This document shows, piece by piece, positions 30,129-39,776 of a DNA stretch of 64,000 nucleotides (its first letter is position 1; each line of letters starts with the position of its first letter). The notes beneath the pieces were generated by a model that was given only the letters and a program-made list of their open reading frames with translations, had not been told where the DNA came from and made no database searches. The position numbers and the translations under genes were made by a program. The DNA comes from Vicinamibacteria bacterium (GTDB taxonomy: Bacteria; Acidobacteriota; Vicinamibacteria; Marinacidobacterales; Marinacidobacteraceae). Where the stretch lies: contig OY729431.1 in assembly GCA_963422395.1 (NCBI GenBank), forward strand, positions 2,272,001-2,336,000, in the 5' to 3' direction.

Positions 30129-30518
30129 CTACTCTTCAGAACTGCTTCGATGTTTCAGCTCGAGGACGATCACCTCGATGGGATCGGGACCCCGGTTCAC
30201 ATCGCCGTGGAGTTCGCCCGGAGGGTCGGCGTCGAGCCAGTAGGCGTTCCCGGACTCCCAGTGCATCGCTTTCTCCTCTCCGCTCTCGGTCACCACCTGT
30301 AGGGTTCCGCCGCGGAGCGCGACGATGGCGCGTCCGTGTTCGTGCCGGTGCATCGCGAGCGGCTGGTTCGGAAGCACCACGGTCTTCCAGACTTTCAGGT
30401 GCTCGTTTTCGAACTGAGGGATGCGCCGCGTGCGCTGCTCCTGCCCGACGGCGAAGCGCGAGGCGGAAGCGAACCCGATCAGGAGGCCGCAGGCGAGAAC
30501 GATGAGGAGCCGAAGCAT
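30129..30518 (-). CDS. Secreted cupin-domain protein
   Basis: GGAGG RBS and signal peptide. Cupin pattern FENE..KV, MHRHE and H...N......IEVI..E.K. Confidence 0.82.
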   Translation of the reverse strand: MLRLLIVLACGLLIGFASASRFAVGQEQRTRRIPQFENEHLKVWKTVVLPNQPLAMHRHEHGRAIVALRGGTLQVVTESGEEKAMHWESGNAYWLDADPPGELHGDVNRGPDPIEVIVLELKHRSSSEE

Positions 30519-30590
30519 GAGATGCCCTCCGTCATGAAGGCCCGCCGGGGAGTAGGCGGAGCGAGAGACGGTTCGCATAGGCTAGCCGCC

Positions 30591-31679
30591 ATGTACATGC
30601 TCCCGAAGAGCCCGCCCCGAGCAGCGCCGCTCCTTCCCGCCGTCCTGGCGGGAGTTCTCGCCGCCGGCTGCGGCGATTCCGGTCCGGCGCCCGAAGTGTC
30701 GAGCGATCCGGCGACCCCTTTCCGGCTCGCCACCTACCGCGCCTCGGATGCCGGAGACGGCGCGCCCCGCCCGGCGATCGTCCTCGGGGAGACCATCCTG
30801 GATCTCGCCGCCGCCGACGCCCTCTTCGCCAGCGAGACCGGCGCCGCACCGTACGGCTTCCCGGCGGACCTCATCGGGGTCATCGCCGCCGGCCCCCCGG
30901 CGAACGAACGCCTCCACCAGATCGCGAACCACCTCGGCGGCCGGGAGGACGGTCTCCGCTTTCGGATCGAGCCGCACCGGCTGGCGGCGCCGCTCCTCTA
31001 TCCGGCGAACCTGCTGGCGGCAGCAGCCAACTACCGTTCCCACGCGGCCGAGATGGCGGTGGAGCAGGAGGTGGACCCGGACCGCGACGCGCCGTACCTG
31101 TTCGCCAAGTCGGCGCGCTCCGGGATCATCGGGCCCGGCGAGCCTTACCGGATCCCTCCGGGCCGCGACCGGATCGACTGGGAGGGGGAACTCGGGGTGG
31201 TGATCGGCAAGACCGCCCGCAGGGTGCCGCGGGAGCAGGCGCTTTCGCATGTGTTCGGGTACACCGTGGTCTTCGATGTGAGCGATCGCGGCGGCCGCTT
31301 CCGGGAGAATCCGATGCTCCCCGGACCCGACTGGTTCTCCGGGAAGAGCGGTGACCGGGCGGCGCCGATGGGGCCGTTCGTCACCCCGCGCGCGTTCCTC
31401 CCCGACCCGCAGGCGCTTTCCATCGTGACCCGGGTGGACGATCGGGTGGTGCAGGACGGCAGCACCGCGGACATGATCTACACGGTGGCGCACCTGGTGG
31501 CCTACACCAGCAGCATCCTGACCCTCCATCCCGGCGATGTGATCGCCACCGGGACTCCGGACGGGGTGGGATCGGCCCGGGAGCCCCCGGAGTTCCTGCA
31601 CCCCGGACAGACGGTGCACATCGAGATCGAGGGTGTCGGGACGCTCTCCACTCCGATCGAAGCGGAGCCGGAACCGTGA
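30591..31679 (+). CDS. Fumarylacetoacetate hydrolase-family protein with predicted lipoprotein signal
   Basis: Motifs NY..H, DWEGELGVVIG, DVSDR, GK, MGP and PGDVIATGTP.GV. N-terminal VLAGVLAAG-C lipobox. Confidence 0.9.
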   Translation: MYMLPKSPPRAAPLLPAVLAGVLAAGCGDSGPAPEVSSDPATPFRLATYRASDAGDGAPRPAIVLGETILDLAAADALFASETGAAPYGFPADLIGVIAAGPPANERLHQIANHLGGREDGLRFRIEPHRLAAPLLYPANLLAAAANYRSHAAEMAVEQEVDPDRDAPYLFAKSARSGIIGPGEPYRIPPGRDRIDWEGELGVVIGKTARRVPREQALSHVFGYTVVFDVSDRGGRFRENPMLPGPDWFSGKSGDRAAPMGPFVTPRAFLPDPQALSIVTRVDDRVVQDGSTADMIYTVAHLVAYTSSILTLHPGDVIATGTPDGVGSAREPPEFLHPGQTVHIEIEGVGTLSTPIEAEPEP

Positions 31680-32740
31680 TGCGAAGCCGGGTCCCTGCCG
31701 CCGGGCTGGCCGCAGTCCTCGCGGTCTTCGCTTTCTTCGCGGTACCGGCGGACGGCTACCGGTATTGGTCCTCCGAGGTCTGGATCCCCTCGGCGGAGGA
31801 AGCGACGATGCGCTGGCGGGCATCGGACTTCCCGCTGCGCTTCCGGATGCTTGAGAACGACAACCTGCCGACGGATTTCGAGATCGGCCAGGAACGATGG
31901 ACCGAGATCGTGCGGCGGAGTCTCGACCACTGGATCGGGGTCCGGACCGCGAACCTCGGCCTGGTACTGGAAGAAGCTACCGCCCCACTGAGCCGCGCCG
32001 ACGCCGACGACGGGATCAACACGATCGGGTTCTCTTCGGACGAGAGGTTCGATGACTCCTGGATCACCGCGTTCGCGGCCTGGCGGTTCGACGGCGACCG
32101 ATTGACCGGCTGTGACATCGAGGTGAACCCCGAGTTCGTGAAGAACTGGGCCCCGCAGGATCCGGAGCGCCTCATCGAGATCGTGGCGACCCACGAGATG
32201 GGGCACTGCCTGGGGCTTCTCCACAGCGAGCCGTTCCCGATGCCGCTCTGGACCGAGCGGCCGGTGACGCGCGATCCGGCATTCCTGCCGGACCCGGTGA
32301 TGTCCTATTCGAACTCCTACGGACTGCCCCTGCCGGAAGACGACCGGGTGGGCGTTTCGCTGCTCTACCCAGCGCCCGGTTTCCTCGAAGCGCGCGGCAC
32401 CGTGCGGGGAACGGTGCGCCACGGGCATCGCGGGGCGCCCTTTTCCTATGTGCAGGCGGTGCGGCCGGGAGGGGCCGGAGCGCGCGCCGGCCCGGGACCC
32501 GGGGTTTTCACCGACCGGAACGGTCGGTTCTCGCTCGAGGGGCTCGCGCCGGGAGACTGGATGCTCTGGGTCCACCCGATCCTGGTGACGCGGCGGAACG
32601 CGCACGGATCGCTCCTCGAGCAGGCCGACGAGGCCGGTGCGACGGACTTCCTGGACCGGCTGCGCTGGATACGGGTCGCCGCCGGCAGCACCGCGGAGAT
32701 CCTCATCACCGTCGAGGGCAGCCGGGGAGTTCGCCAGTGA
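31676..32740 (+). CDS. Matrixin (M10-like metzincin) metalloprotease with C-terminal carboxypeptidase-regulatory-like domain
   Basis: Zinc motif HEMGHCLGLLH, Met-turn PVMSY, TD.NGRF.L.GL.PG, and a signal peptide. Confidence 0.88.
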   Translation: MMRSRVPAAGLAAVLAVFAFFAVPADGYRYWSSEVWIPSAEEATMRWRASDFPLRFRMLENDNLPTDFEIGQERWTEIVRRSLDHWIGVRTANLGLVLEEATAPLSRADADDGINTIGFSSDERFDDSWITAFAAWRFDGDRLTGCDIEVNPEFVKNWAPQDPERLIEIVATHEMGHCLGLLHSEPFPMPLWTERPVTRDPAFLPDPVMSYSNSYGLPLPEDDRVGVSLLYPAPGFLEARGTVRGTVRHGHRGAPFSYVQAVRPGGAGARAGPGPGVFTDRNGRFSLEGLAPGDWMLWVHPILVTRRNAHGSLLEQADEAGATDFLDRLRWIRVAAGSTAEILITVEGSRGVRQ

Positions 32741-33234
32741 GAGCGGATCGGTTTCTCCTCGCTTCGGCAGCGCTCGGCCTCTTCGGGTGCGGCAGCGGCT
32801 CCGCGCCGACGAGTCCGACGCCTCCCTTCCTCCCCGCTCCAGCGCCGGCCCCCCCGCCGCCGCCGGCCCCGGGCTGCGAAACGCCATCGCTCGAAGTGTT
32901 GTTCCTTCGCGGGAACCAGGCCGCCGGAATCGCGCGCGGCGCGCTGACGCTCGAGGCGGCCCACCCGGCGACCGCGCTCGACTTCATCCGGCCGTACCCG
33001 ATCCTGGTTCCGTCCGGCGGAGAAAACCTCGACATTCCCGGCCTCCGGCCCACCGTCGGGGTTTTCGTCTCCGACCTGCGCTTCGAGCACCGGGAGAACG
33101 GCGGGTTTCGCCAGACCATGACCGTGGAGTGGTTGTCGGAGTTCTCGGTCCGGGCCATCGAACCGGACTGCGAACCGGTCGTCGTCGTCGTCTGCGGCGA
33201 CCAGGAGTGCGGACCCGGCTCCGACGACTCTTGA
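32737..33234 (+). CDS. Hypothetical lipoprotein with Pro-rich linker
   Basis: The GTG start overlaps the upstream stop. Lipobox LFGC followed by a poly-Pro linker. Confidence 0.65.
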   Translation: MRADRFLLASAALGLFGCGSGSAPTSPTPPFLPAPAPAPPPPPAPGCETPSLEVLFLRGNQAAGIARGALTLEAAHPATALDFIRPYPILVPSGGENLDIPGLRPTVGVFVSDLRFEHRENGGFRQTMTVEWLSEFSVRAIEPDCEPVVVVVCGDQECGPGSDDS

Positions 33235-33309
33235 CACCGCGCGCGGCGGGGCGCGTAGTCGGCGAAGAAACTCGGCGAGGGACGGCAGGGAACGCTCAGC
33301 AGGGGACGC

Positions 33310-34989
33310 TCAACGCCGCCGGGGCGGCGCCCTCCGGGACCGGACGAGGCGGCGTTCGGAGTGCGGCGGCGGGTCGAAGGTCTCTTCGGTTCCATCGGGC
33401 CAACGGATCCGCAGGCCGGTGACGGCGGCTCCTTTCGGAATGCCGAAGTGGGCCGCGGGCTCGCTGCTCGTGAGATAGCCGGCTTCCGGGTTCACGGCGC
33501 GAACGAGCGAGCGGCCCCCTCCGAGATCGAGGATCACCACCGCGCCGGGGCTCGCGCGCGAGAACTCGCGGGGCTCGACGACGAGAAAACCTCCCCGCCG
33601 CGGCGAGCGGTTCTCGAAGAGCCGGACCGGACCGCCCACACTGGTGACGACGAGGTCGAGGTCGCCGTCCCGGTCCCAGTCGCCGGTCGCGAGCCCTCTG
33701 CCGACCGAGGAGACGGTCGAGAAGCCCTCGATCTCCTCCGTCTCGAACCGCCCGCTCCCGTCGCCGAGGAATCCCTGCGGCGGCTCGGCGTAGGCGGCGA
33801 GACCGCCGGACGCCGCAACCCCCCCCTCCCGCGCCACCGCGCCGTTCACCAGCAGGAGGTCGAGGTCGCCGTCGAGATCGAGATCGAGGAAGCGGGCGCC
33901 GAACCCGGTGCGCGGCAGGCTGGGAAGCGCGAGGCCGGTCGCTCCGGTGTCGTCGAAGAAGCCGTTCCCCCGGTTCCGGTAGAGGGTGTTCGTCTGGGCA
34001 CGGAGGTGGGTCATGAAGAGGTCGAGGTCGGCGTCCCCGTCCACATCGCCGAGCAGCACCCCCATGCTGGCCTCGGCGCGCCCCTGGGAGTTGAGCGCCA
34101 CTCCCAGGAAGAGCGCAGCGTCGCTGAATGTCCCGTCTTCGCCCTGCTCCCAGAGCAGGTTCGGCTCCCCGTCGTTCGCCACATAGAAATCGAGCCGCCC
34201 ATCGCCGGTGAAGTCGTGGCAGAGCACGCCGAGCGCCGGTCGGCGCTCTTCGAGGATCCCGGCCTCGCCTGAGACATCCTCGAATACGCCGGCGCCGAGA
34301 TTCCGATAGAGCGCGTCCCGCTCGTAGGGCAGGCTCTGCGGCGAACAGAAATCGGGCTCTCCCGAGGCGGAGACGCATTCTCTCGCGGGGTCGTCGACCA
34401 GATACCCCCCCACATAGAGATCGAGGTCGGCATCGCTGTCGTAGTCGCAAAAGGCGGCAGCGCTGGACCAGCGCTCCCCCGAGATTCCGGACTCCGACCG
34501 GACGAAACGGCCGTTTTCCCCCAGGTAGAGCGCGTCCTTCCCGTAGTTCGAGAGAAAGACATCGGGGTCGCCGTCGCCGTCGGCATCCCCGACCGCAACG
34601 CCCGCGCCGTAGCCGGAGTCGCCGAGTCCGCCCACCCCGCGGTCGTCCAGGAAGGAACCGTCCGGCTGCCGGAGGAAGAGTCGGTTGCCCGGAAGTTCGG
34701 CTGCTGGAATCCCGCTGCGGTCTTCGGGGAGCGGGCCGGATTGGATCAGATAGAGATCGAGGTCGGAGTCGCCGTCGGCGTCGAAGAGCGCGGCGCCCGC
34801 CCCCATGATCGCCGGGAGCGGGAACCGGGTGAGCTCGCCGGGGTCGTGGAGGAACCGGACTCCGAGATCCTCGGTGACCTCGGCGAACCGGGGACCGGAT
34901 TGGACGGCAGCGGCGGGGGGCGCCGCAGCCAGGAAGATCAGAGAGCCCGCGACCGCTCCGAACCGGGCCGCCCGCAGCGCGAGAGTCAG
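33310..34989 (-). CDS. CRTAC1 / ASPIC-UnbV family FG-GAP repeat protein
   Basis: Repeated D.D.DGD.DL motifs and C-terminal HFG...IRWPDG. A signal peptide and F.EVT...G..F.H lie in frame upstream of ATG 34806, so CTG 34989 (overlapping the upstream TGA) is proposed as start. Confidence 0.9.
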   Translation of the reverse strand: MTLALRAARFGAVAGSLIFLAAAPPAAAVQSGPRFAEVTEDLGVRFLHDPGELTRFPLPAIMGAGAALFDADGDSDLDLYLIQSGPLPEDRSGIPAAELPGNRLFLRQPDGSFLDDRGVGGLGDSGYGAGVAVGDADGDGDPDVFLSNYGKDALYLGENGRFVRSESGISGERWSSAAAFCDYDSDADLDLYVGGYLVDDPARECVSASGEPDFCSPQSLPYERDALYRNLGAGVFEDVSGEAGILEERRPALGVLCHDFTGDGRLDFYVANDGEPNLLWEQGEDGTFSDAALFLGVALNSQGRAEASMGVLLGDVDGDADLDLFMTHLRAQTNTLYRNRGNGFFDDTGATGLALPSLPRTGFGARFLDLDLDGDLDLLLVNGAVAREGGVAASGGLAAYAEPPQGFLGDGSGRFETEEIEGFSTVSSVGRGLATGDWDRDGDLDLVVTSVGGPVRLFENRSPRRGGFLVVEPREFSRASPGAVVILDLGGGRSLVRAVNPEAGYLTSSEPAAHFGIPKGAAVTGLRIRWPDGTEETFDPPPHSERRLVRSRRAPPRRR

Positions 34990-36083
34990 AAGTTCTTGGG
35001 TTCGAACCCGGGCGGGCTCACGATGCTCGCGCTGGATCCCACCACTCGGATCAGTAGCAGCCCGTGCCGGGTCGCCATTTTCGGTGACGAGTCCGTCGCC
35101 GTGAGGTAGGCCATCGCCCCGTGGACTTCGTCACGGGAGCAGTCCGGGAAGTACTCCCGGAATTTTCCCATTTTGTCGACGAAATGACGCACATACTCGG
35201 GTCGAAGGGTGGTCTTCACCTCGACGGCCACCGAAACATGCTCACCGTACGCGATCAGATCCATCTCGGCGACCGGAATACCCGCCAGGGAAATGCCTCT
35301 CCGTCGGATCAGATGGTCATAGACGCTGTACCCGGCGCTTCGCAGAAGCGGACTCAGGTCCCCCTCGGTCAGGGCTTCCATGAGCCGCCCGAAGCGCTCG
35401 TCCCCATCCCCGATCATGCGGTGGATGGCGCGCTTCAGCTCACTGTCCGCCTTCTGGTCGCGGACCCGCCGCTCTTCGTCGCGTTTCGAAGCGAGGCGCT
35501 CGAATTCCGCTTTTTCCTCATCCAGCCGCTTGCGCCGTGCTTCGGCCTCGGCCTCCACCTTCTCGCGCCGCACTTCGGCTTCCCGACGATGCGCTTCGGC
35601 TTCGGCCTCCAGCTTCTCGCGCCGCGCTTCGGCTTCCCGGCGATGCGCTTCGGCTTCGGCCTCCAGCTTCTGGCGCTGCACCTCGGCTTCCTGGCGCCGC
35701 ACTTCGGCTTCGGCCTCCAGCTTCTGGCGCTGCACCTCGGCTTCCTGGCGCTGCACCTCGGCTTCGGCCTCCAGCTTCTGGCGCTGCACCTCGGCTTCCT
35801 GGCGATGCGCTTCGGCTTCTTGGCGCCGCACTTCGGCTTCGGCCTCCAGCTTCTGGCGCTGCACCTCGGCTTCCTGGCGCCGCACCTCGGCTTCGGCCTC
35901 CAGCTTCTGGCGCTGCACCTCGGCTTCTCCCTCCATCTTCCGCTGCCAGGCCGCCTCGCGGGCCCGTTGCTCACGGTCGAAACGCCGGCGCCACTCCTCA
36001 TGCCGAGCCGCTTCCTGGGCAACCCGGCGCAGAATCCGCCACACCGACTCGGGCCCGGGGGGAATACGGCGTCTGCTGCCCAT
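34986..36083 (-). CDS. Coiled-coil repeat protein with C-terminal PD-(D/E)XK nuclease-like domain (DUF3782-like)
   Basis: Tandem EAEVRRQ / EAEVQRQKLEA units. C-terminal G.L.E ... EMDLIAYG..VSVAVEVKTTL. Confidence 0.8.
   Translation of the reverse strand: MGSRRRIPPGPESVWRILRRVAQEAARHEEWRRRFDREQRAREAAWQRKMEGEAEVQRQKLEAEAEVRRQEAEVQRQKLEAEAEVRRQEAEAHRQEAEVQRQKLEAEAEVQRQEAEVQRQKLEAEAEVRRQEAEVQRQKLEAEAEAHRREAEARREKLEAEAEAHRREAEVRREKVEAEAEARRKRLDEEKAEFERLASKRDEERRVRDQKADSELKRAIHRMIGDGDERFGRLMEALTEGDLSPLLRSAGYSVYDHLIRRRGISLAGIPVAEMDLIAYGEHVSVAVEVKTTLRPEYVRHFVDKMGKFREYFPDCSRDEVHGAMAYLTATDSSPKMATRHGLLLIRVVGSSASIVSPPGFEPKNF
35540..35927. repeat. Intragenic tandem repeats of 21-bp and 33-bp units
   Basis: Repeated cttcggcctccagcttctggcgctgcacctcgg and cttcctggcgccgcac(t/c)tcgg units. 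Confidence 0.9.
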
Positions 36084-36097
36084 CTTGAGGATTGTAA

Positions 36098-37399
36098 TCA
36101 GAAGCCTGGTTCCGGATGCTGCTCCCGCAGGGCGGCCAGAAACGCTTCAGGCGCCTCGGTACCGAGGCGGCGCGCCTCGTGAACCGCCTTCCAGGCCAAC
36201 TCGAAGCGCCCGAGTTCCGCCAGCGCCACGGCCTGGAGGAGCCGCACTCCTCCGTCGTCGGAGTCGAGACGGGCGGCGTGTCGGAGAGCATCGAGCGCCT
36301 GATCGAAACGCCGCTGGCGGAGCAAGACATCGCCGAGCGCGGCGTGGGATCGAGGTTCGTCGGGGCTGGCAGCGAGCGAGACTCGAAAATGGAACTCCGC
36401 CCCGGAAAGATCCCCTTCCCGAGCCCTTATCACGCCGAGACCGAAGCGGGCGAGCGCCTGGTCGGGATCGATTGCCACTGCATCGCGGTAGAGCAGTTCG
36501 GCTTCCTCGGACCGCCCGCGCTGAGCGGCGACCGCACCGAACTCGGCGAGCACCTCGGCATCCCGGGGACGGAGGCCGGCGAGATCGCGGTACCGGTTCT
36601 CCGCCTCGCTCAGGCGGCCGGCCTCCCGCGCTCCCCGCGCGCGCTCCAGGAGTCGCGGGGAGGAGATGTTCCGCTCGGTCATCCGAAAGTGGATCGGATC
36701 CTCGATGCCGGGCAACCCGGCCCCCGCCTCGCCGTCTCCGCGCCGGAGCACTTCCCGAGCGCGGTCCCGATCGCCGGCGGCGTTCCACGCCTGGGCGAGC
36801 GCGGAAAGAACGGCCCCCGCTCCCGGTTCCGCCGAAAGCGCCCGCTCGAAAAAAGGGATCGCGTCCCGTGGTTCGCCGCCGGCCAACCGGAGAGCGCCGA
36901 GTCGGAAAAGGGCCAGCCCCGAGTCGGGATCGATCTCCAACGCTCGCTCCAGAGCGGCGGCGGCGGCGGGGAGGTCTCCGAGCTCTTCGCGGACCTCGCC
37001 GAGCAACACCCAGGCTGGCAGATAGCCGGAATGCTCGACCAGAACTGTCTCCAAAACGGCTGCCGCCTCCCCAGGAGCGCTTCCTCGGATCGCGTGGGCG
37101 AGGAGATAGCGGGCCGCGAGACCCCCGGGAGCTCCGGGCGGGAACTGCTTCGAAGCTTCCCGGTAGCAGGCAGCGGCTTCGGACAGCAGGCCATGCGCTT
37201 GGAGAGACTCACCATAGGCGAGCCAGGCACCCGGACTCGCGGAGCGGGCGGCTACCTCGTCGGCGAGCTCGGCGAGCAGCGCACCCACCTGCGGCTCCAT
37301 CGCCCGGCCGTCCGGAACGGGCGGCGGCGCCGACTGGAACGGCACGAAGCCGAAGGCAAGGGAAGCACCGAGCAGGAAGACGGAACACCTCCCCCTCAC
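36098..37399 (-). CDS. Tetratricopeptide repeat protein (exported)
   Basis: Multiple TPR units (A...LG......G....A...Y/F..AL...P). Signal peptide after GTG 37399. Start uncertain. Confidence 0.85.
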   Translation of the reverse strand: MRGRCSVFLLGASLAFGFVPFQSAPPPVPDGRAMEPQVGALLAELADEVAARSASPGAWLAYGESLQAHGLLSEAAACYREASKQFPPGAPGGLAARYLLAHAIRGSAPGEAAAVLETVLVEHSGYLPAWVLLGEVREELGDLPAAAAALERALEIDPDSGLALFRLGALRLAGGEPRDAIPFFERALSAEPGAGAVLSALAQAWNAAGDRDRAREVLRRGDGEAGAGLPGIEDPIHFRMTERNISSPRLLERARGAREAGRLSEAENRYRDLAGLRPRDAEVLAEFGAVAAQRGRSEEAELLYRDAVAIDPDQALARFGLGVIRAREGDLSGAEFHFRVSLAASPDEPRSHAALGDVLLRQRRFDQALDALRHAARLDSDDGGVRLLQAVALAELGRFELAWKAVHEARRLGTEAPEAFLAALREQHPEPGF

Positions 37400-37570
37400 C
37401 GACGGACCCCCCTGGCGGCCGGCGGGCGGCACGAACCCGGCCGCTGCGGCACGAAAGCGGTCTCGGTCATCGGCGCGATCACGCAGCGACTCTCGTCCGA
37501 GCGCCAGGACACTTCGGCTGGGAGGATACCGGGAACACCGACCGCCTGGCGATAGCATGGCCACCGATCG

Positions 37571-39667
37571 ATGAACCGCTTTCGCAGCGCGGCAACTCTG
37601 TCCGCCCTGTCCGGCACCACCGCCTACATCGTGATTTTCGGCGCGTTCCTCCTGTTCGTGCCGCTCTTGGCTCAGTCTTCGCGGGTTCAGGACCCGTCCG
37701 GCGGGGCCCCCGGCGGATTTCCAAAGGACGGGCTCGAACTGCAAGGAAGCTGGCCAGGGCAGCCAGGAAACAGCACCCCAGGAGGCAACGGAATCGTCGG
37801 GAGCGCCACCTGCGCTGCTTGCCATGCGGACATCGCGGAAACGCACGAGGCACATCCGATGGCTCGGACGGCGCGTACCCTGGCCGAAGACCTAGGATCG
37901 CTGTTCTCCCCCGAACGGCTGAACCGACCGGCCGCCTGGCGAAGCACAGCACCCGAAGGCGCGGCGCGCCCGGCGTACGAGCGTTCGGGCGAGGCCGTAA
38001 CGCTCCGATCTCCCGGAGGGGAGAGCGTCTCGGTCGCCGTCCTGTTCGGGTCCGGCCGGCGCGGGGTTACTCCCGTGGCGTTCCACGAAGCCGGGACGAT
38101 GCGGGAACTCCGGCTCTCATGGTCGCGAGGTCTCGATCGGTGGATCGAGACGCCGGGCGCCGAGGGAGACCGAGATCCACTTGGAGACCTGGACTCCCCC
38201 GAAGAGACCGGGGAGTGCCTTTCCTGCCACGCCACCGCGGTCGCCTGGCGGGCCGGCGTTCCCGACCCCGCCCGGTCGGAATGGGGGGTGCAGTGCGAGC
38301 GGTGTCACGGCCCGGGCGCCGAGCACGCCGCCCGGCTCGGAGAGCCGGCGGCGATCTTCGACCCCGGAAAACTCTCCCCAGCGCGGCAGGTGGCTTTCTG
38401 CGGCCAGTGCCACCGAAAGCCCACCGACTTCGAACCGCTCGAAGTGTTCGGCCGCAATCGCGGGCTCTCCCGGCACGCCGCCGGCAGCCTGATGATGAGC
38501 GCCTGTTTTCGCAAGTCACCGGCGGAGGAAACGATCTCCTGTCTTTCCTGTCACGACCCCCACCGCTCCGAAGATTCGGTCGCGGCCAGAAGCAGGAAGG
38601 CCTGTCTCGGATGTCACGAAGATCCCGCGGCAGAACACGCCTACGAGCGGGTGGACGACGCCTCGGACTGCGTTGGGTGCCATCTGCCGCGAAGGGAGGA
38701 GGTCTTTCCGGGTGCTGGGTTCACCGACCACTGGATCCGGGTCCAGGGGACTCCGCCATCGCCGGGATCGGCGGATTTCCGGGAAGACCTCCAGTATCTG
38801 GAAGCCCTCTACCGGAACGAGATCGCCGGCGGTCCCCCGCCGCGAAGAGCGGCGCGGCTCCACCTCGGACTCGGGGAGTTGCTCCAGGCCCAGGGTCTTC
38901 GGTCGTCCGCGCTCGAAGCATTGGAACGGGGACTCGCGCTCGATCCCGACTACGGGCAGATCCTGAAGGCCGCCGCTCTCCTCCGGCAGGAAGGAGAGGA
39001 GGAACGGGCGCTTTCCGTGCTGGAACGGGCGCTGGCCGTCGAACCCGATGCGGCACAGGCGTACTTCGATCTGGGAGACCTCCGGTTGGCGCGCGGGAAT
39101 GCCGAAAGGGCGGTCACCGCTTTGGAGCGGGCTCGAACCCTCCGCCCCGCGTCGGCGGCGGTGCTCGGCACTCTGGGCGCCGCCTACCGAAGCACGGGCC
39201 GCTTCGACGAAGCGCTCGACGCCGGCCTCGAGGCGGTGCAACGGGATCCGGAACGGGCTTTCGGGTGGCTGGAGCTCGGCCGCACCCGGCGCATTCGACG
39301 CGAGACCGCGGAAGCCGGCGAGGCGCTCCGCGCCGCCCTCGCCCTGGACCCGAGCTGGCCGCCGGCACTGGATGCGCTGGCCAGGCTCCTGGCCCTCGAT
39401 CCGGACGAGACGGTTCGCGACGCCGCCGAAGCAGTGCGGCTCGCTGACCGACTGGCAGGCCTGGCCGGTTACCGAGAGCCTCGATCCCTGGACCTGCTGG
39501 CGGCGGCGCACGCTGCCGGGGGGAACTTCGAGCTCGCCATTCGGACCGCCGAACGCGCGATCGAGCGGAGCCGGTCTCTCGGCCTGAACGACCTGGGCCT
39601 CACGATCGAGGAGCGGCTCCAGCTGTATCGAGACCAGCGGCCGTACCTCGAGCCCGCCGCCCGCTGA
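37571..39667 (+). CDS. Multiheme cytochrome c (7 CxxCH) fused to C-terminal TPR domain
   Basis: CAACH, CLSCH, CERCH, CGQCH, CLSCH, CLGCH and CVGCH, then TDH.I and TPR repeats. N-terminal hydrophobic segment. Confidence 0.9.
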   Translation: MNRFRSAATLSALSGTTAYIVIFGAFLLFVPLLAQSSRVQDPSGGAPGGFPKDGLELQGSWPGQPGNSTPGGNGIVGSATCAACHADIAETHEAHPMARTARTLAEDLGSLFSPERLNRPAAWRSTAPEGAARPAYERSGEAVTLRSPGGESVSVAVLFGSGRRGVTPVAFHEAGTMRELRLSWSRGLDRWIETPGAEGDRDPLGDLDSPEETGECLSCHATAVAWRAGVPDPARSEWGVQCERCHGPGAEHAARLGEPAAIFDPGKLSPARQVAFCGQCHRKPTDFEPLEVFGRNRGLSRHAAGSLMMSACFRKSPAEETISCLSCHDPHRSEDSVAARSRKACLGCHEDPAAEHAYERVDDASDCVGCHLPRREEVFPGAGFTDHWIRVQGTPPSPGSADFREDLQYLEALYRNEIAGGPPPRRAARLHLGLGELLQAQGLRSSALEALERGLALDPDYGQILKAAALLRQEGEEERALSVLERALAVEPDAAQAYFDLGDLRLARGNAERAVTALERARTLRPASAAVLGTLGAAYRSTGRFDEALDAGLEAVQRDPERAFGWLELGRTRRIRRETAEAGEALRAALALDPSWPPALDALARLLALDPDETVRDAAEAVRLADRLAGLAGYREPRSLDLLAAAHAAGGNFELAIRTAERAIERSRSLGLNDLGLTIEERLQLYRDQRPYLEPAAR

Positions 39668-39694
39668 CCAGCCAGCGGGACGCAGGCCGAATAC

Positions 39695-39730
39695 AGCAAA
39701 GGGGAGGCAGGCCCGAAAGCCCGCCTCCCC
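39695..39730 (-). terminator. Intrinsic terminator of the TonB-dependent receptor gene
   Basis: Minus strand GGGGAGGCGGGC-TTTCGG-GCCTGCCTCCCC followed by TTTGCT. Confidence 0.75.
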
Positions 39731-39776
39731 CGGACGGCTCCCTGGATTCCAGAGAGCCTGGGAAAGTGATCCCTGG

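Noticed and set aside
35380-39447. Very long alternative-frame ORFs (1355 aa here; also 60584-63769, 6462-9392, 50401-53220)
   Set aside because: These are Arg/Pro/Gly-rich or antisense shadows of well-supported genes, as expected in high-GC DNA.
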